This document shows, in pieces, positions 18,494-27,794 of a DNA stretch of 50,683 nt. The notes beneath the pieces were generated by a model, which did not search any database, was not told the origin of the DNA, and worked only from the letters and a program-made list of their open reading frames with translations. Source of the stretch: an uncultured Ruminococcus sp. Lineage in GTDB: Bacteria; Bacillota; Clostridia; Oscillospirales; Acutalibacteraceae. How positions within the stretch are numbered: position 1 is the first letter of the stretch; the number at the start of each line of letters is the position of its first letter. Position numbers and translations under genes: made by a program. The stretch is from positions 1-50,683 of the forward strand of contig CAJOLF010000008.1 of the NCBI GenBank assembly GCA_905235295.1, in the 5' to 3' direction.

Positions 18494-19870
18494 ATGCAGC
18501 TTTGGAAAGGCAGATTTAAAAAGGAATTATCAAAAACCACAAACGACTTCAACAGCTCAATTTCCTTTGACAGCCGTATGTACCGCGAGGATATCGAGGG
18601 AAGCATCGCCCACGCGACAATGCTCGGCAAATGCGGAATCATCACTGAAAAAAGCTCGGAGGAAATCATAGAGGGATTAAAGGGAATCCTCGCTGACCTC
18701 GACAGCGGAACTCTCAAAATCGACCCCGACGCGGAGGATATCCATACCTTTATTGAGGGCGAGCTGACAAAAAGAATCGGCGACAACGGCAAGCGCCTTC
18801 ACACATCAAGAAGCCGTAACGACCAGGTCGCTCTTGACATAAAGCTCTACCTCAAAAAAGAGGTAGTAAACGTCAAAAACCTTGTGGTTGACCTGATAAA
18901 AGTAATCGCCGATAAGGCTGAGCGGTACAGCGACACCGTAATGCCCGGCTACACTCATTTGCAGAGAGCGCAGCCCATTACCTTCGGTCATCATCTTCTC
19001 GCCTACGGCGAAATGCTGTTAAGAGACGTTTCCCGCCTTGAGGACTGCCTCAAAAGAATGGACGAAATGCCGCTCGGCTCCTGCGCGCTGGCAGGCACAA
19101 CCTACCCGATTGACAGGACAATCACAGCCGATTTGCTCGGCTTTGACAGAATAACAAACAACTCGCTCGACGGCGTTTCCGACCGCGATTACTGTATGGA
19201 ATTCGCTTCCGCACTCTCAATCATTATGGTTCACCTCAGCCGTTTTTCCGAGGAAATCATAATGTGGTGCTCGTGGGAGTTCAAGTTTGTGGAGCTTGAC
19301 GACGCGTTTTCAACAGGCTCGTCAATTATGCCGCAGAAAAAGAACCCCGACATTGCAGAGCTTGTCCGCGGAAAAAGCGGACGCGTTTTCGGCGACACAA
19401 TGACGCTGCTGACCGTTATGAAGGGCATAGCCCTCGCGTACAACAAGGATATGCAGGAGGACAAAGAGGCGATTTTTGACGCGGTAGACACCGTAAAAAT
19501 GTGCCTGACCGCCTTCACCCCGATGCTCGACACAATGCGCGTTATTCCGCAGAATATGCGCAAAGCGGCGGCAGGCGGATTTATCAACGCCACCGACTGC
19601 GCCGACTGGCTCACGAAAAACGGAGTACCGTTCCGCGATGCGTACAAGGCGACAGGCGAGCTTGTCGCAAGGTGTATCGAGCTTGGCGTTGACCTTGAAA
19701 ATCTCCCGATTGAGGAGTACAAGGCGGTTTGCGACGTGTTCACCGGGGACGTTTACAAGGCAATCTCGCTTGAATACTGCGTTTCTCAGCGCACCGCGTT
19801 CGGCGGTCCCGCGCCCGAGCTTGTCAAGGCTCAGGCTCAGCGCTTAAAACAAATCGCGGAAAAGCTGTGA
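18494..19870 (+). CDS. argH: Argininosuccinate lyase
   Basis: LWKGRF, RSRNDQ, PGYTHLQRAQP and GSSIMPQKKNPD. Confidence 0.98.
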   Translation: MQLWKGRFKKELSKTTNDFNSSISFDSRMYREDIEGSIAHATMLGKCGIITEKSSEEIIEGLKGILADLDSGTLKIDPDAEDIHTFIEGELTKRIGDNGKRLHTSRSRNDQVALDIKLYLKKEVVNVKNLVVDLIKVIADKAERYSDTVMPGYTHLQRAQPITFGHHLLAYGEMLLRDVSRLEDCLKRMDEMPLGSCALAGTTYPIDRTITADLLGFDRITNNSLDGVSDRDYCMEFASALSIIMVHLSRFSEEIIMWCSWEFKFVELDDAFSTGSSIMPQKKNPDIAELVRGKSGRVFGDTMTLLTVMKGIALAYNKDMQEDKEAIFDAVDTVKMCLTAFTPMLDTMRVIPQNMRKAAAGGFINATDCADWLTKNGVPFRDAYKATGELVARCIELGVDLENLPIEEYKAVCDVFTGDVYKAISLEYCVSQRTAFGGPAPELVKAQAQRLKQIAEKL

Positions 19871-20388
19871 CAAAGGAACCGCTGCCGAAACGCAAGCTGA
19901 TTCGCTTGCAGGATTTTGATTATTCCCAAAACGGAATGTACTTTGTTACCGTTTGCACGCACAACAGAGAAAAGCTGCTGGCTGATGTTGTCACCGTAGG
20001 GGCGGACCTGTGTGTCCGCCCGAATAAAGCCGGACTAATGGTTGAGCGTTGGCTTCATTTACTGAGCAATAAATTTCAAAATGTTAAATTGGATTATTAT
20101 TGCATTATGCCTAACCATATTCACTTTTTACTGTTTATACATTCTGATTGTGCAACGGGCGGACACACAGGTCCGCCCCTACAAGAAGTGATGAAATGGC
20201 TGAAAACCCAAACGACAAACGAGTATATTAAAATGGTAAAAAAAGGCATACTAAAACCTTTTGATAAATATGTGTGGCAAAGATCATATTTTGAACACAT
20301 TATCAGAAATGAAAATGATTTGTATGAAACACGAAAATATATAAATGATAACCCGCGAAAGTGGGTTTTAGATAAGTATTACAGGTGA
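19867..20388 (+). mobile_element. REP-associated tyrosine transposase (RAYT / Y1 HUH endonuclease)
   Basis: RKLIRLQDFDYSQNGMYFVTVCT, MPNHIH (HUH), WQRSYFEHIIRNE and YINDNP (catalytic Tyr). Visibly AT-richer than the flanking arg genes. Confidence 0.92.
19996..20182. repeat. Pair of perfect inverted GTAG-type REP sequences inside the RAYT CDS
   Basis: GTAGGGGCGGACCTGTGTGTCCGCCCG (19996-20022) and its exact reverse complement (20156-20182). Confidence 0.93.
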
Positions 20389-20395
20389 TGAATTT

Positions 20396-21433
20396 ATGAA
20401 AATCAAAGCAGGAATCGTAGGCGCGACAGGATACGCGGGAGCGGAGCTTGTAAGGCTCCTTTACGCCCACCCGCAGGCGGAAATCGCCGCAATCAGCTCG
20501 GTGTCCTTTGAAGGACAGGCGTTAAGCGACGTGTATCCGTCCTACAAATTCTTGAACGATATGGAATGTGAAAATCAGGACGCCGTTATTGAAAAGAGCG
20601 ACGTTATCTTCGCCGCGTTACCCCACGGACTTTCGCAGGAGCTCGCGGAAAAATGTATCGGCGCGGGCAAGGCGTTTATCGACCTCGGCGCGGATTTCCG
20701 CCTTGAAAGCGAGGAGGAGTACGCCGAATGGTACGGCGGAACCTTTCTCGATAAAGAATTACACAAGCAGAGTGTTTACGGTCTGCCCGAGTTTTTCAGA
20801 GAGCAAATCAAGGGCAAGAAATTAATCGCGAACCCAGGCTGCTACACCACCTGTTCGCCTTTGGCAATCGCGCCGGCAATCGCAAACGGCTTAATCAGCA
20901 CAAAGGGCATAATCTGCGACTGCAAAAGCGGCGTAACAGGCGCGGGCAGAAAGCCCACCCAGGGCAGCCACTTCCCCGAGCTTAACGAGGGCTTCCACGC
21001 CTACAAGGTGGCTTCCCACCGCCACACCCCCGAGATTGAGCAGACGCTGTCAAGGCTCAGCGGAGAGGACGTGACAATCACCTTTGTGCCGCACCTTCTG
21101 CCCGTTAACAGGGGAATTTTGGCGACGGTTTACGCCGACATCAAGGACGGCGTGAGCTTTGATGACATCAGAAAGGCGTATGAGGACTACTACAGGGACG
21201 AGTTCTTTGTACGGCTGCTCGAGGACGGCAAATGCGCGGATATTCACAACGTTCGCTATTCAAACTTCTGCGATATTTCAATCCACCACGACAAGCGCGC
21301 GAACAAGCTTGTTGCCTGCGCGGCTATTGACAATATGGTTAAGGGAGCCGCGGGACAGGCGATTCAGAATATGAACATTATCTTTGATTTGGACGAAAAA
21401 ACAGGACTGGTAATCGTTCCTCCTGCATTCTAA
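20396..21433 (+). CDS. argC: N-acetyl-gamma-glutamyl-phosphate reductase
   Basis: GATGYAG, DLGADFR, IANPGCY, HRHTPEI and DNMVKGAAGQA. Confidence 0.98.
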   Translation: MKIKAGIVGATGYAGAELVRLLYAHPQAEIAAISSVSFEGQALSDVYPSYKFLNDMECENQDAVIEKSDVIFAALPHGLSQELAEKCIGAGKAFIDLGADFRLESEEEYAEWYGGTFLDKELHKQSVYGLPEFFREQIKGKKLIANPGCYTTCSPLAIAPAIANGLISTKGIICDCKSGVTGAGRKPTQGSHFPELNEGFHAYKVASHRHTPEIEQTLSRLSGEDVTITFVPHLLPVNRGILATVYADIKDGVSFDDIRKAYEDYYRDEFFVRLLEDGKCADIHNVRYSNFCDISIHHDKRANKLVACAAIDNMVKGAAGQAIQNMNIIFDLDEKTGLVIVPPAF

Positions 21434-21442
21434 GGGAAAGTT

Positions 21443-22714
21443 ATGGAAAATTATAAGTTTATAAACGGCTCCGTCACCTCGCCGCTCGGCTTCACCGCCA
21501 ACGGAGTTTGCGCGGGTATCAAGGCGTACACAAACGCCGCCGCGGGTATCGCCGACGAGCCTATAGAGGGAGTAAAAAGCGGCAAGCGCGATTTAGCGAT
21601 GATTTACTGCGAAAAGCAGTGCAATGCCGCGGCGATTTTTACAAAGAACCTTGTAAAATCCGACACAATATATGTTACGCAAAAGCACCTTGCAAACGGC
21701 AAGGCTCAGGCGGTGATTGTCAATTCGGGCAACGCCAACGCCTGCAACCCCGACGGCTGCGAAAAGGCAGAGCAGATGTGCGCTCTCGCCGCCGAAGCTC
21801 TCAAAGTTGCCGAGGACGACGTAATCGTCGCCTCAACAGGCGTAATCGGTCAGGCTTTGCCGATTGAGCCAATCAAGAAGGGCGTTGCCGAGCTGAAAAA
21901 AATTCTCAGCCGCGACGGCGGAACAAACGCCGCCGAAGCGATAATGACTACCGACACCGTAAAAAAGGAGTGGGCGGTACAGCTCACGCTCGACGGCAAA
22001 ACCGTCACAATCGGAGGCATCGCCAAGGGCAGCGGAATGATTCACATTAATATGGGAACCACGCTTTCGTTCGTCACAACGGACGCCGCAATCTCCGCCG
22101 TAATGCTGAAGGAAGCGCTGGCTGAGGCAGCCGACGTAAGCTACAATATGGTCAGCGTGGACGGCGACACCTCAACAAACGACACCCTCGCGATTATGGC
22201 TTCGGGGCTTGCCGGCAACACGGAAATCACCGAAAAAAACGGGGATTATTATAAATTTACCGAGGCTCTGACCGCTGCGTTCAAAAGCGTCGCGAAGAAG
22301 CTCGCGGCAGACGGCGAGGGAGCCACAAAGCTTGTAATCTGCAAGGTAAACGGCGCTGCCGATACCGCCGCGGCAAGGACAATCGCAAAGAGCGTAATTT
22401 GTTCAAGCCTTGTAAAGGCGGCGATGTTCGGCGCGGACGCGAACTGCGGAAGAATCCTCTGCGCTGTCGGCTACAGCGGAGCCGAGGTCAGCGCGAATAA
22501 AATCGACGTGGCGTACCGCAGCGCGAAGGGAGAAATTTCGGTCTGCAGGGACGGCTTCGGACTTGCCTTTGACGAGGACAAGGCAAAACAAATCCTGCTT
22601 GAAAAAGAGATTGAGATTATTATAAATCTCGGCGACGGCAGCGGAGAGGCAGAGGCATACGGCTGCGATTTGACGTACGATTACGTTAAAATCAACGGCG
22701 ACTACCGCACATAA
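21443..22714 (+). CDS. argJ: Ornithine acetyltransferase / N-acetylglutamate synthase
   Basis: NSGNANA, IMTTDT, AKGSGMIHINMGT, DTSTND, DGEGA and GCDLTYDYVKIN. Confidence 0.97.
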   Translation: MENYKFINGSVTSPLGFTANGVCAGIKAYTNAAAGIADEPIEGVKSGKRDLAMIYCEKQCNAAAIFTKNLVKSDTIYVTQKHLANGKAQAVIVNSGNANACNPDGCEKAEQMCALAAEALKVAEDDVIVASTGVIGQALPIEPIKKGVAELKKILSRDGGTNAAEAIMTTDTVKKEWAVQLTLDGKTVTIGGIAKGSGMIHINMGTTLSFVTTDAAISAVMLKEALAEAADVSYNMVSVDGDTSTNDTLAIMASGLAGNTEITEKNGDYYKFTEALTAAFKSVAKKLAADGEGATKLVICKVNGAADTAAARTIAKSVICSSLVKAAMFGADANCGRILCAVGYSGAEVSANKIDVAYRSAKGEISVCRDGFGLAFDEDKAKQILLEKEIEIIINLGDGSGEAEAYGCDLTYDYVKINGDYRT

Positions 22715-22769
22715 TTTTAAGGAATTACCTTAACTCTGAAATTCAAAACGAAACGGAGAATTTTACTGT

Positions 22770-23627
22770 ATGGATAACGCAACGCGGGCAAAGGTTTTAA
22801 TACAGGCTATGCCCTACATAAAAAAATTCGCGGGTGAAACAATCGTTGTAAAGTACGGCGGCAACGCAATGATTAACGAGGAGCTAAAGTCCGCCGTTAT
22901 GAGCGACCTTGTGCTTATGCAGCTTGTCGGAATCAGCGTTGTGCTGGTTCACGGCGGCGGTCCCGAGATTAACAATATGCTCGAAGCCGTCGGCAAAGAG
23001 AGCGAGTTCCGCGATGGAATGAGGGTTACCGACCGGGAAACCATAGACATCGTACAGATGGTGCTTGCCGGAAAGGTGAACAAAAGCCTTGTTCAGCTGC
23101 TCGAAAAGCACGGCGGCAAGGCGCTCGGCTTGTGCGGACTTGACGGCAGGCTGCTTATGGCAGACAAGCTGACCTCGGCGCACGACCTCGGCTATGTCGG
23201 CGAAATCCGCGAGGTCAATCCCGAGCCCTTGCAAATGGCTATGAAGGACGGCTACATTCCGATTGTAGCGACAGTCGCGGGCGGATATGACGGTATGGTG
23301 TACAACATCAACGCCGACCTTGCCGCGGCTCAGATTGCCGCAAAGCTCAAAGCGAAAAAGCTTATTTTGATGACCGATATCCGCGGACTTTTGAAGGATG
23401 TGGACGACGAAAAATCGCTTATTCCCGTTGTAAATGTCAGCGAGGTTCCGATGCTCAAGCGCGACGGAATCATCAAGGGCGGTATGATACCCAAAATCGA
23501 CTGCTGCGTAGAGGCGGTCCGCAACGGAGTAAACCGCGCGCACATTATCGACGGCAGAATAGAACATTCAATTTTGCTCGAGCTTTTCAGCGACGAGGGT
23601 ATCGGCACAATGTTTTATCAGATTTAA
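22770..23627 (+). CDS. argB: Acetylglutamate kinase
   Basis: VVKYGGNAM, VHGGGPEI, NINAD and GGMIPK. Confidence 0.98.
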   Translation: MDNATRAKVLIQAMPYIKKFAGETIVVKYGGNAMINEELKSAVMSDLVLMQLVGISVVLVHGGGPEINNMLEAVGKESEFRDGMRVTDRETIDIVQMVLAGKVNKSLVQLLEKHGGKALGLCGLDGRLLMADKLTSAHDLGYVGEIREVNPEPLQMAMKDGYIPIVATVAGGYDGMVYNINADLAAAQIAAKLKAKKLILMTDIRGLLKDVDDEKSLIPVVNVSEVPMLKRDGIIKGGMIPKIDCCVEAVRNGVNRAHIIDGRIEHSILLELFSDEGIGTMFYQI

Positions 23628-23648
23628 GGCAACAAAAGGATTTTATTT

Positions 23649-24086
23649 ATGACAATTCGCCCAATGACCATAAACGACTACGACGAGGTTTTCGCGATGT
23701 GGCAAATCACCTCAAAGCGCGCGCTTTCAAAGGCTGACGAGCGCTCCCAAATTGAGCGATACCTTAACCGCAACAGCGGAATGAGCCAGGTCGCCGTAGC
23801 AGACGGAAAAATCGTAGGTACTGTGCTTGCGGGGCACGACGGCAGGCGCGGCTTTATTCACCACATGGCGGTTTTGCCCGAGTACCGCAGAAAACACATC
23901 GGGCACAAGCTCGCGGAAACGGCTATTGCAAAAATCGCGGCAGACGGAATCGACAAAACCCACATCTTTTGCTATCAGACCAACGACGCCGGGCAGAAGT
24001 TTTGGCTCGATTTCGGCTTTGAAAAGCGCGACGATGTTTTCGTATTTTCATATAACCAATCACCGGTATCAAGCAAGCTTGCATAG
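23649..24086 (+). CDS. GNAT-family acetyltransferase
   Basis: GHDGRRGFIHHMAVLPEYRRKHIG acetyl-CoA-binding motif and N...QKFW...GF. Confidence 0.88.
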   Translation: MTIRPMTINDYDEVFAMWQITSKRALSKADERSQIERYLNRNSGMSQVAVADGKIVGTVLAGHDGRRGFIHHMAVLPEYRRKHIGHKLAETAIAKIAADGIDKTHIFCYQTNDAGQKFWLDFGFEKRDDVFVFSYNQSPVSSKLA

Positions 24087-24105
24087 GCTATGTTTCGGAT
24101 TAAAT
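24054..24105 (+). repeat. Repeat family B copy overlapping the 3' end of the GNAT gene
   Basis: AACCAATCACCGGTATCAAGCAAGCTTGCATAGGCT; supplies NQSPVSSKLA and the TAG stop. Confidence 0.8.
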
Positions 24106-24125
24106 AAACGAAAAGAAGTGAGAAC

Positions 24126-25295
24126 TTGAATACAAAGGAAAAAGACAAGCAGTACATAATGCATACCTACGGTAGGTACGACGTCGCTCTTAAAAGCGGC
24201 AAGGGCGCTGCAGCGTATGACGAGAACGGCAGGAAGTATATTGACGTAAGCTCGGGAATCGGCGTAAACAGCCTCGGCTACAGCGACGACGGCTGGGTAA
24301 AGGCAGTGTCAGAGCAGGCGGCGAAAATTCAGCATATTTCAAATTACTTTTACAGCGAGCAGTCCTCAAATCTCGCGCAAAAGCTGTGTGAGCTGACGGG
24401 ACTTTCAAAGGTCTGCTTCGGCAACAGCGGAGCCGAGGCAAACGAGTGCGCGATAAAAATCGCGAGGAAATACAGCTTTGACAAATACGGCGAGGGCAGA
24501 AACGAGATTATAACGCTCAAAAACTCCTTCCACGGAAGAACCGTCACAACCCTTTCCGCTACGGGACAGGACGTTTTCCACAACTACTTTTTCCCTTTCA
24601 CAGGGGGATTCAAATACGCCGAGGCGGGTAATATCGACTCGCTGAAAAATACCGTTTCAGATAAAACCTGCGCCGTTATGCTTGAGGTAATCCAGGGCGA
24701 GGGCGGCGTAATTATTCTCGATAAGGACTATGTTTCCGAGCTTGCGGATTTTTGCAGGGAGCGCGATATTCTCCTGATTGCCGACGAGGTTCAGACGGGA
24801 ATCGGACGAACGGGAAAGCTGTTCGGCTATCAAAATTACAACATTTCGCCCGACCTTGTGACCTCCGCAAAGGGGCTCGGCGGCGGCTTGCCAATCGGCG
24901 TTTGTATGTGCTCGGAAAAGCTCGCGGACGTTATGGGACCTTCATCCCACGGCAGCACCTTCGGCGCGAATCCGGTTGTCTGCGCGGGCGCGAATTATGT
25001 AATCGACACCGTATCGGGCGAAAAATTCCTGAACGCGGTTAACGCCAAGGGCGAGTACCTTGAAGCGAAGCTCAGAAAGCTTGACAAGGTTAAAAACGTC
25101 CGCAGAATGGGCTTGATGGTCGGCATTGAAATCGACGGCGACGCCCACGAAGCCGCCGGAAAATGCGTAGAAAACGGACTTTTAATAATAACCGCCAAGG
25201 ACGTGCTCAGAATGCTGCCTCCGCTCAACATCACGGAGGAAGAAATTGACGAGGCGGTAGAAATATTGGATAAAACTCTAAAGGAGACAGAATAA
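24126..25295 (+). CDS. argD: Acetylornithine aminotransferase
   Basis: NSGAEANE, SFHGRT, IQGEGG, DEVQTGIGRTG, AKGLGGG (PLP Lys) and HGSTFG. Confidence 0.96.
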   Translation: MNTKEKDKQYIMHTYGRYDVALKSGKGAAAYDENGRKYIDVSSGIGVNSLGYSDDGWVKAVSEQAAKIQHISNYFYSEQSSNLAQKLCELTGLSKVCFGNSGAEANECAIKIARKYSFDKYGEGRNEIITLKNSFHGRTVTTLSATGQDVFHNYFFPFTGGFKYAEAGNIDSLKNTVSDKTCAVMLEVIQGEGGVIILDKDYVSELADFCRERDILLIADEVQTGIGRTGKLFGYQNYNISPDLVTSAKGLGGGLPIGVCMCSEKLADVMGPSSHGSTFGANPVVCAGANYVIDTVSGEKFLNAVNAKGEYLEAKLRKLDKVKNVRRMGLMVGIEIDGDAHEAAGKCVENGLLIITAKDVLRMLPPLNITEEEIDEAVEILDKTLKETE

Positions 25296-25296
25296 A

Positions 25297-26229
25297 ATGA
25301 AGCATCTTTTAAAACTCGAAGACTGGTCAACGGAAGAAATTGTACGCGCGCTGAACCTTGCCGATCAGCTCAAATATGAGCAGAAGCACGGCATTGAGCA
25401 CAAGCTGCTCAAGGGCAAAACTCTCGGTATGATTTTTGAAAAATCAAGTACGCGTACCCGCGTATCCTTTGAGGTAGGTATGACTCAGCTCGGCGGATAT
25501 CCGCTGTTCCTGTCGTCAAACGACCTGCAAATCGGCAGGGGAGAGCCTGTTCAGGACACCGCCCGCGTGCTTTCGCGCTTTATTGACGCGATTATGATTC
25601 GTACCTTTGAGCAGAGCGAGGTAGAGGCTCTCGCCGAATACGGTTCAATCCCGATTATCAACGGTCTCACCGACTACTGCCACCCCTGCCAGGTGCTTGC
25701 GGACCTTATGACAATCCGCGAGTTCAAGGGCAAGCTGGAAGGGCTTAAAATGTGCTTTATCGGCGACGGAAACAATATGATGAATTCGCTTATCGTCGGC
25801 GCCCTGCGCACGGGTATGAGCTTCTCTGCGGCGTGCCCCGAGGGCTATATGCCGCCTGAGCATATTCAGGAGTTCGGAAAAAGCTACGGAGATTTGTTTG
25901 AGATTGTTACCGACCCCAAAGAAGCCGCGAAGAACGCCGATGTTGTCCTCACCGACGTCTGGGCGTCAATGGGACAGGAGGAAGAAAAGAAAATCCGCGA
26001 GGCTGCCTTTGCGGGTTATCAGGTCAACAAGGAACTGATGGAGGTAACAAACGAGGGCTGTATGGTTCTTCACTGTCTGCCGGCTCACCGCGGGGAGGAA
26101 ATCACAGCGGATATTTTTGAGGCTCACGCCGATGAGATTTTTGAGGAAGCGGAAAACCGCCTCCACGCCCAAAAAGCGGTTCTTGTTGAGTGCCTTTTGG
26201 ACAAAAAGGAAGAGGAAAAAATCCAGTAA
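25297..26229 (+). CDS. argF: Ornithine carbamoyltransferase
   Basis: FEKSSTRTR, HPCQ, DVWASMG, HCLPAHRG and AENR. Confidence 0.98.
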   Translation: MKHLLKLEDWSTEEIVRALNLADQLKYEQKHGIEHKLLKGKTLGMIFEKSSTRTRVSFEVGMTQLGGYPLFLSSNDLQIGRGEPVQDTARVLSRFIDAIMIRTFEQSEVEALAEYGSIPIINGLTDYCHPCQVLADLMTIREFKGKLEGLKMCFIGDGNNMMNSLIVGALRTGMSFSAACPEGYMPPEHIQEFGKSYGDLFEIVTDPKEAAKNADVVLTDVWASMGQEEEKKIREAAFAGYQVNKELMEVTNEGCMVLHCLPAHRGEEITADIFEAHADEIFEEAENRLHAQKAVLVECLLDKKEEEKIQ

Positions 26230-26255
26230 CCGGGCAATAAAAAAGCAATATATTT

Positions 26256-26286
26256 CAAATAACCGCTGTTTATCAGCGGTTATTTG
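26256..26286 (+). terminator. Probable arg operon terminator
   Basis: CAAATAACCGCTG-TTTAT-CAGCGGTTATTTG. Confidence 0.7.
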
Positions 26287-26336
26287 TTGGTATTTGGTAT
26301 AATACTAATACATTTCAAAAAATTTGAAAAAAAGTG

Positions 26337-26365
26337 TTGACAAATCCGTACTTGAGTAGTATAAT
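26337..26365 (+). promoter_or_regulatory. Perfect-consensus sigma-A promoter of the 5S rRNA gene
   Basis: TTGACA (26337-42), 17 bp, TATAAT (26360-65), with an A-rich UP-like tract upstream. Confidence 0.88.
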
Positions 26366-26385
26366 ATCCAATGTTGCAAAACAAA

Positions 26386-26501
26386 GTTGGTGTTGATGAC
26401 GCTGAGGGTTCACCTGTTCCCATCCCGAACACAGAAGTTAAGCTCAGTGGTGCCGAAAATACTTGGCTGGCGACGGCCCGGGAAAATAGGGAGATGCCAA
26501 C
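26386..26501 (+). rRNA. rrf: 5S rRNA (stand-alone)
   Basis: 116 nt with closing helix GTTGGT...GCCAAC and the conserved CACCTGTTCCCATCCCGAACACAGAAGTTAAGC. Confidence 0.96.
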
Positions 26502-26509
26502 ACTTAAAA

Positions 26510-26540
26510 GTGTCCACCCAGTAGGGTGGGCGTTTTTCTT
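26510..26540 (+). terminator. Terminator of the 5S transcript
   Basis: GTCCACCC-AGTA-GGGTGGGC followed by GTTTTTCTT. Confidence 0.8.
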
Positions 26541-26545
26541 TATAT

Positions 26546-26620
26546 AGCCAATCCCGGGGAGATAAAGGCAACCAATCGCCTATGTCAAGCGAGCTTGCCT
26601 TGGGCTTTGCTCCGAGTTAA
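26546..26620 (+). repeat. Repeat family B copy (left-arm fragment joined to the core)
   Basis: CCCGGGGAGATAAAG followed by AACCAATCGCCTATGTCAAGCGAGCTTGCCTTGGGCTTTGCTCCGAGTTAA. Confidence 0.8.
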
Positions 26621-26640
26621 TTTAATTTTCGAGGCATAAA

Positions 26641-27699
26641 ATGACCGAATTTTTAAAAAATCAAACTGACGTCTGGAGCGCCCTCAAAAGCAGCGGCAAG
26701 CCTGTTGTTCTCTACGGAATGGGAGACGGAGCCGACAAGGTGCTCTCGGCGTTTGAAAAATACAATATCAGCGTATCGGACGTAATGGCGAGCGACGGCT
26801 TTGTGCGCGGTCAAAGCTTCAGGGGCTTCAGGGTAAAAAAGCTCAGCGAGGTAGAGGCGGAGCTTGGCGATTTCACCGTAGCCCTTTGCTTCGCGAGCCA
26901 ACTGCCTGAGGTAATGGACACAATAAAAAGCGTTGCAGCGAAGCACGAAACCTTGGTGCCGAGCGTGCCTGTTTTCGGCGGAGTTTTGTTTGACGACGAA
27001 TTTATCGACAGATATTCCGAGAACATCAGCCTTGCTTTTTCGCTCCTTGCGGATGAGCAGTCAAGGCAGGTGTACAAAAACGTCCTGAGCTTTTACCGCA
27101 CAGGCAAATTAGAACTGCTCGACGAAATCACAACCGATAAGGCAGAAGCGTTTGACAATATCCTGCAGCTTTCGGACAGCGAGGTCTACGTTGACCTCGG
27201 CGCCTATAACGGCGACACAATCGACGAGTTTTTGTCCTACGCTCACGGCGGATACCGAAAAATTATCGCGCTTGAGCCGAACGCCAAAAACTTTGAAAAG
27301 CTAAAACTGCGCTGCGCCGATCTTCCCAAAACCGAGCTGTGGCAGCTCGGCGCCTATAGCCGCAACACAATACTTGAGTTTAACAACAAGGCGGGGCGCA
27401 ACAGCGCGATTGCCAAGGGCGGAGTAAAAACAAGAGTGGTTACAGTTGATACAATCCTCTGCGGAACCGCCGCGAGCTACGTCAAGGCGGACGTTGAGGG
27501 CGCGGATTACGAAACGCTTTTGGGAATGGAAAAAACGCTGAAAAGCTGCAAGCCCAAGCTCAACTTCTCAGCGTATCACAGATTTGAGGATATTTTCAGA
27601 CTTCCGATTTTGATAAACCGGTTTAATCCGGAATATAAAATCTATCTGCGCCACCACCCGTACATTCCAGCGTGGGACACAAATCTCTATTGCGTATGA
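26641..27699 (+). CDS. FkbM-family methyltransferase
   Basis: VDLGAYNGDT, ALEP, KADVEGAD and SAYH motifs. Confidence 0.9.
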   Translation: MTEFLKNQTDVWSALKSSGKPVVLYGMGDGADKVLSAFEKYNISVSDVMASDGFVRGQSFRGFRVKKLSEVEAELGDFTVALCFASQLPEVMDTIKSVAAKHETLVPSVPVFGGVLFDDEFIDRYSENISLAFSLLADEQSRQVYKNVLSFYRTGKLELLDEITTDKAEAFDNILQLSDSEVYVDLGAYNGDTIDEFLSYAHGGYRKIIALEPNAKNFEKLKLRCADLPKTELWQLGAYSRNTILEFNNKAGRNSAIAKGGVKTRVVTVDTILCGTAASYVKADVEGADYETLLGMEKTLKSCKPKLNFSAYHRFEDIFRLPILINRFNPEYKIYLRHHPYIPAWDTNLYCV

Positions 27700-27731
27700 T
27701 TTTATAACAAAGCGCTGCGCTTTTTTGACCG

Positions 27732-27762
27732 AAAAAAGGCTTCCCAATGCCGGGAAGCCTTT
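27732..27762. terminator. Bidirectional terminator
   Basis: AAAAAAGGCTTCCC-AATGCC-GGGAAGCCTTT between convergent genes. Confidence 0.75.
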
Positions 27763-27794
27763 AATAATATTTGATAACAGTATTGGTTTTGCAA

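Noticed and set aside
26521-26532. GTAGGGTGGGCG as an extragenic RAYT REP
   Set aside because: It is the loop and 3' arm of the 5S terminator; no REP hairpin follows the GTAG.
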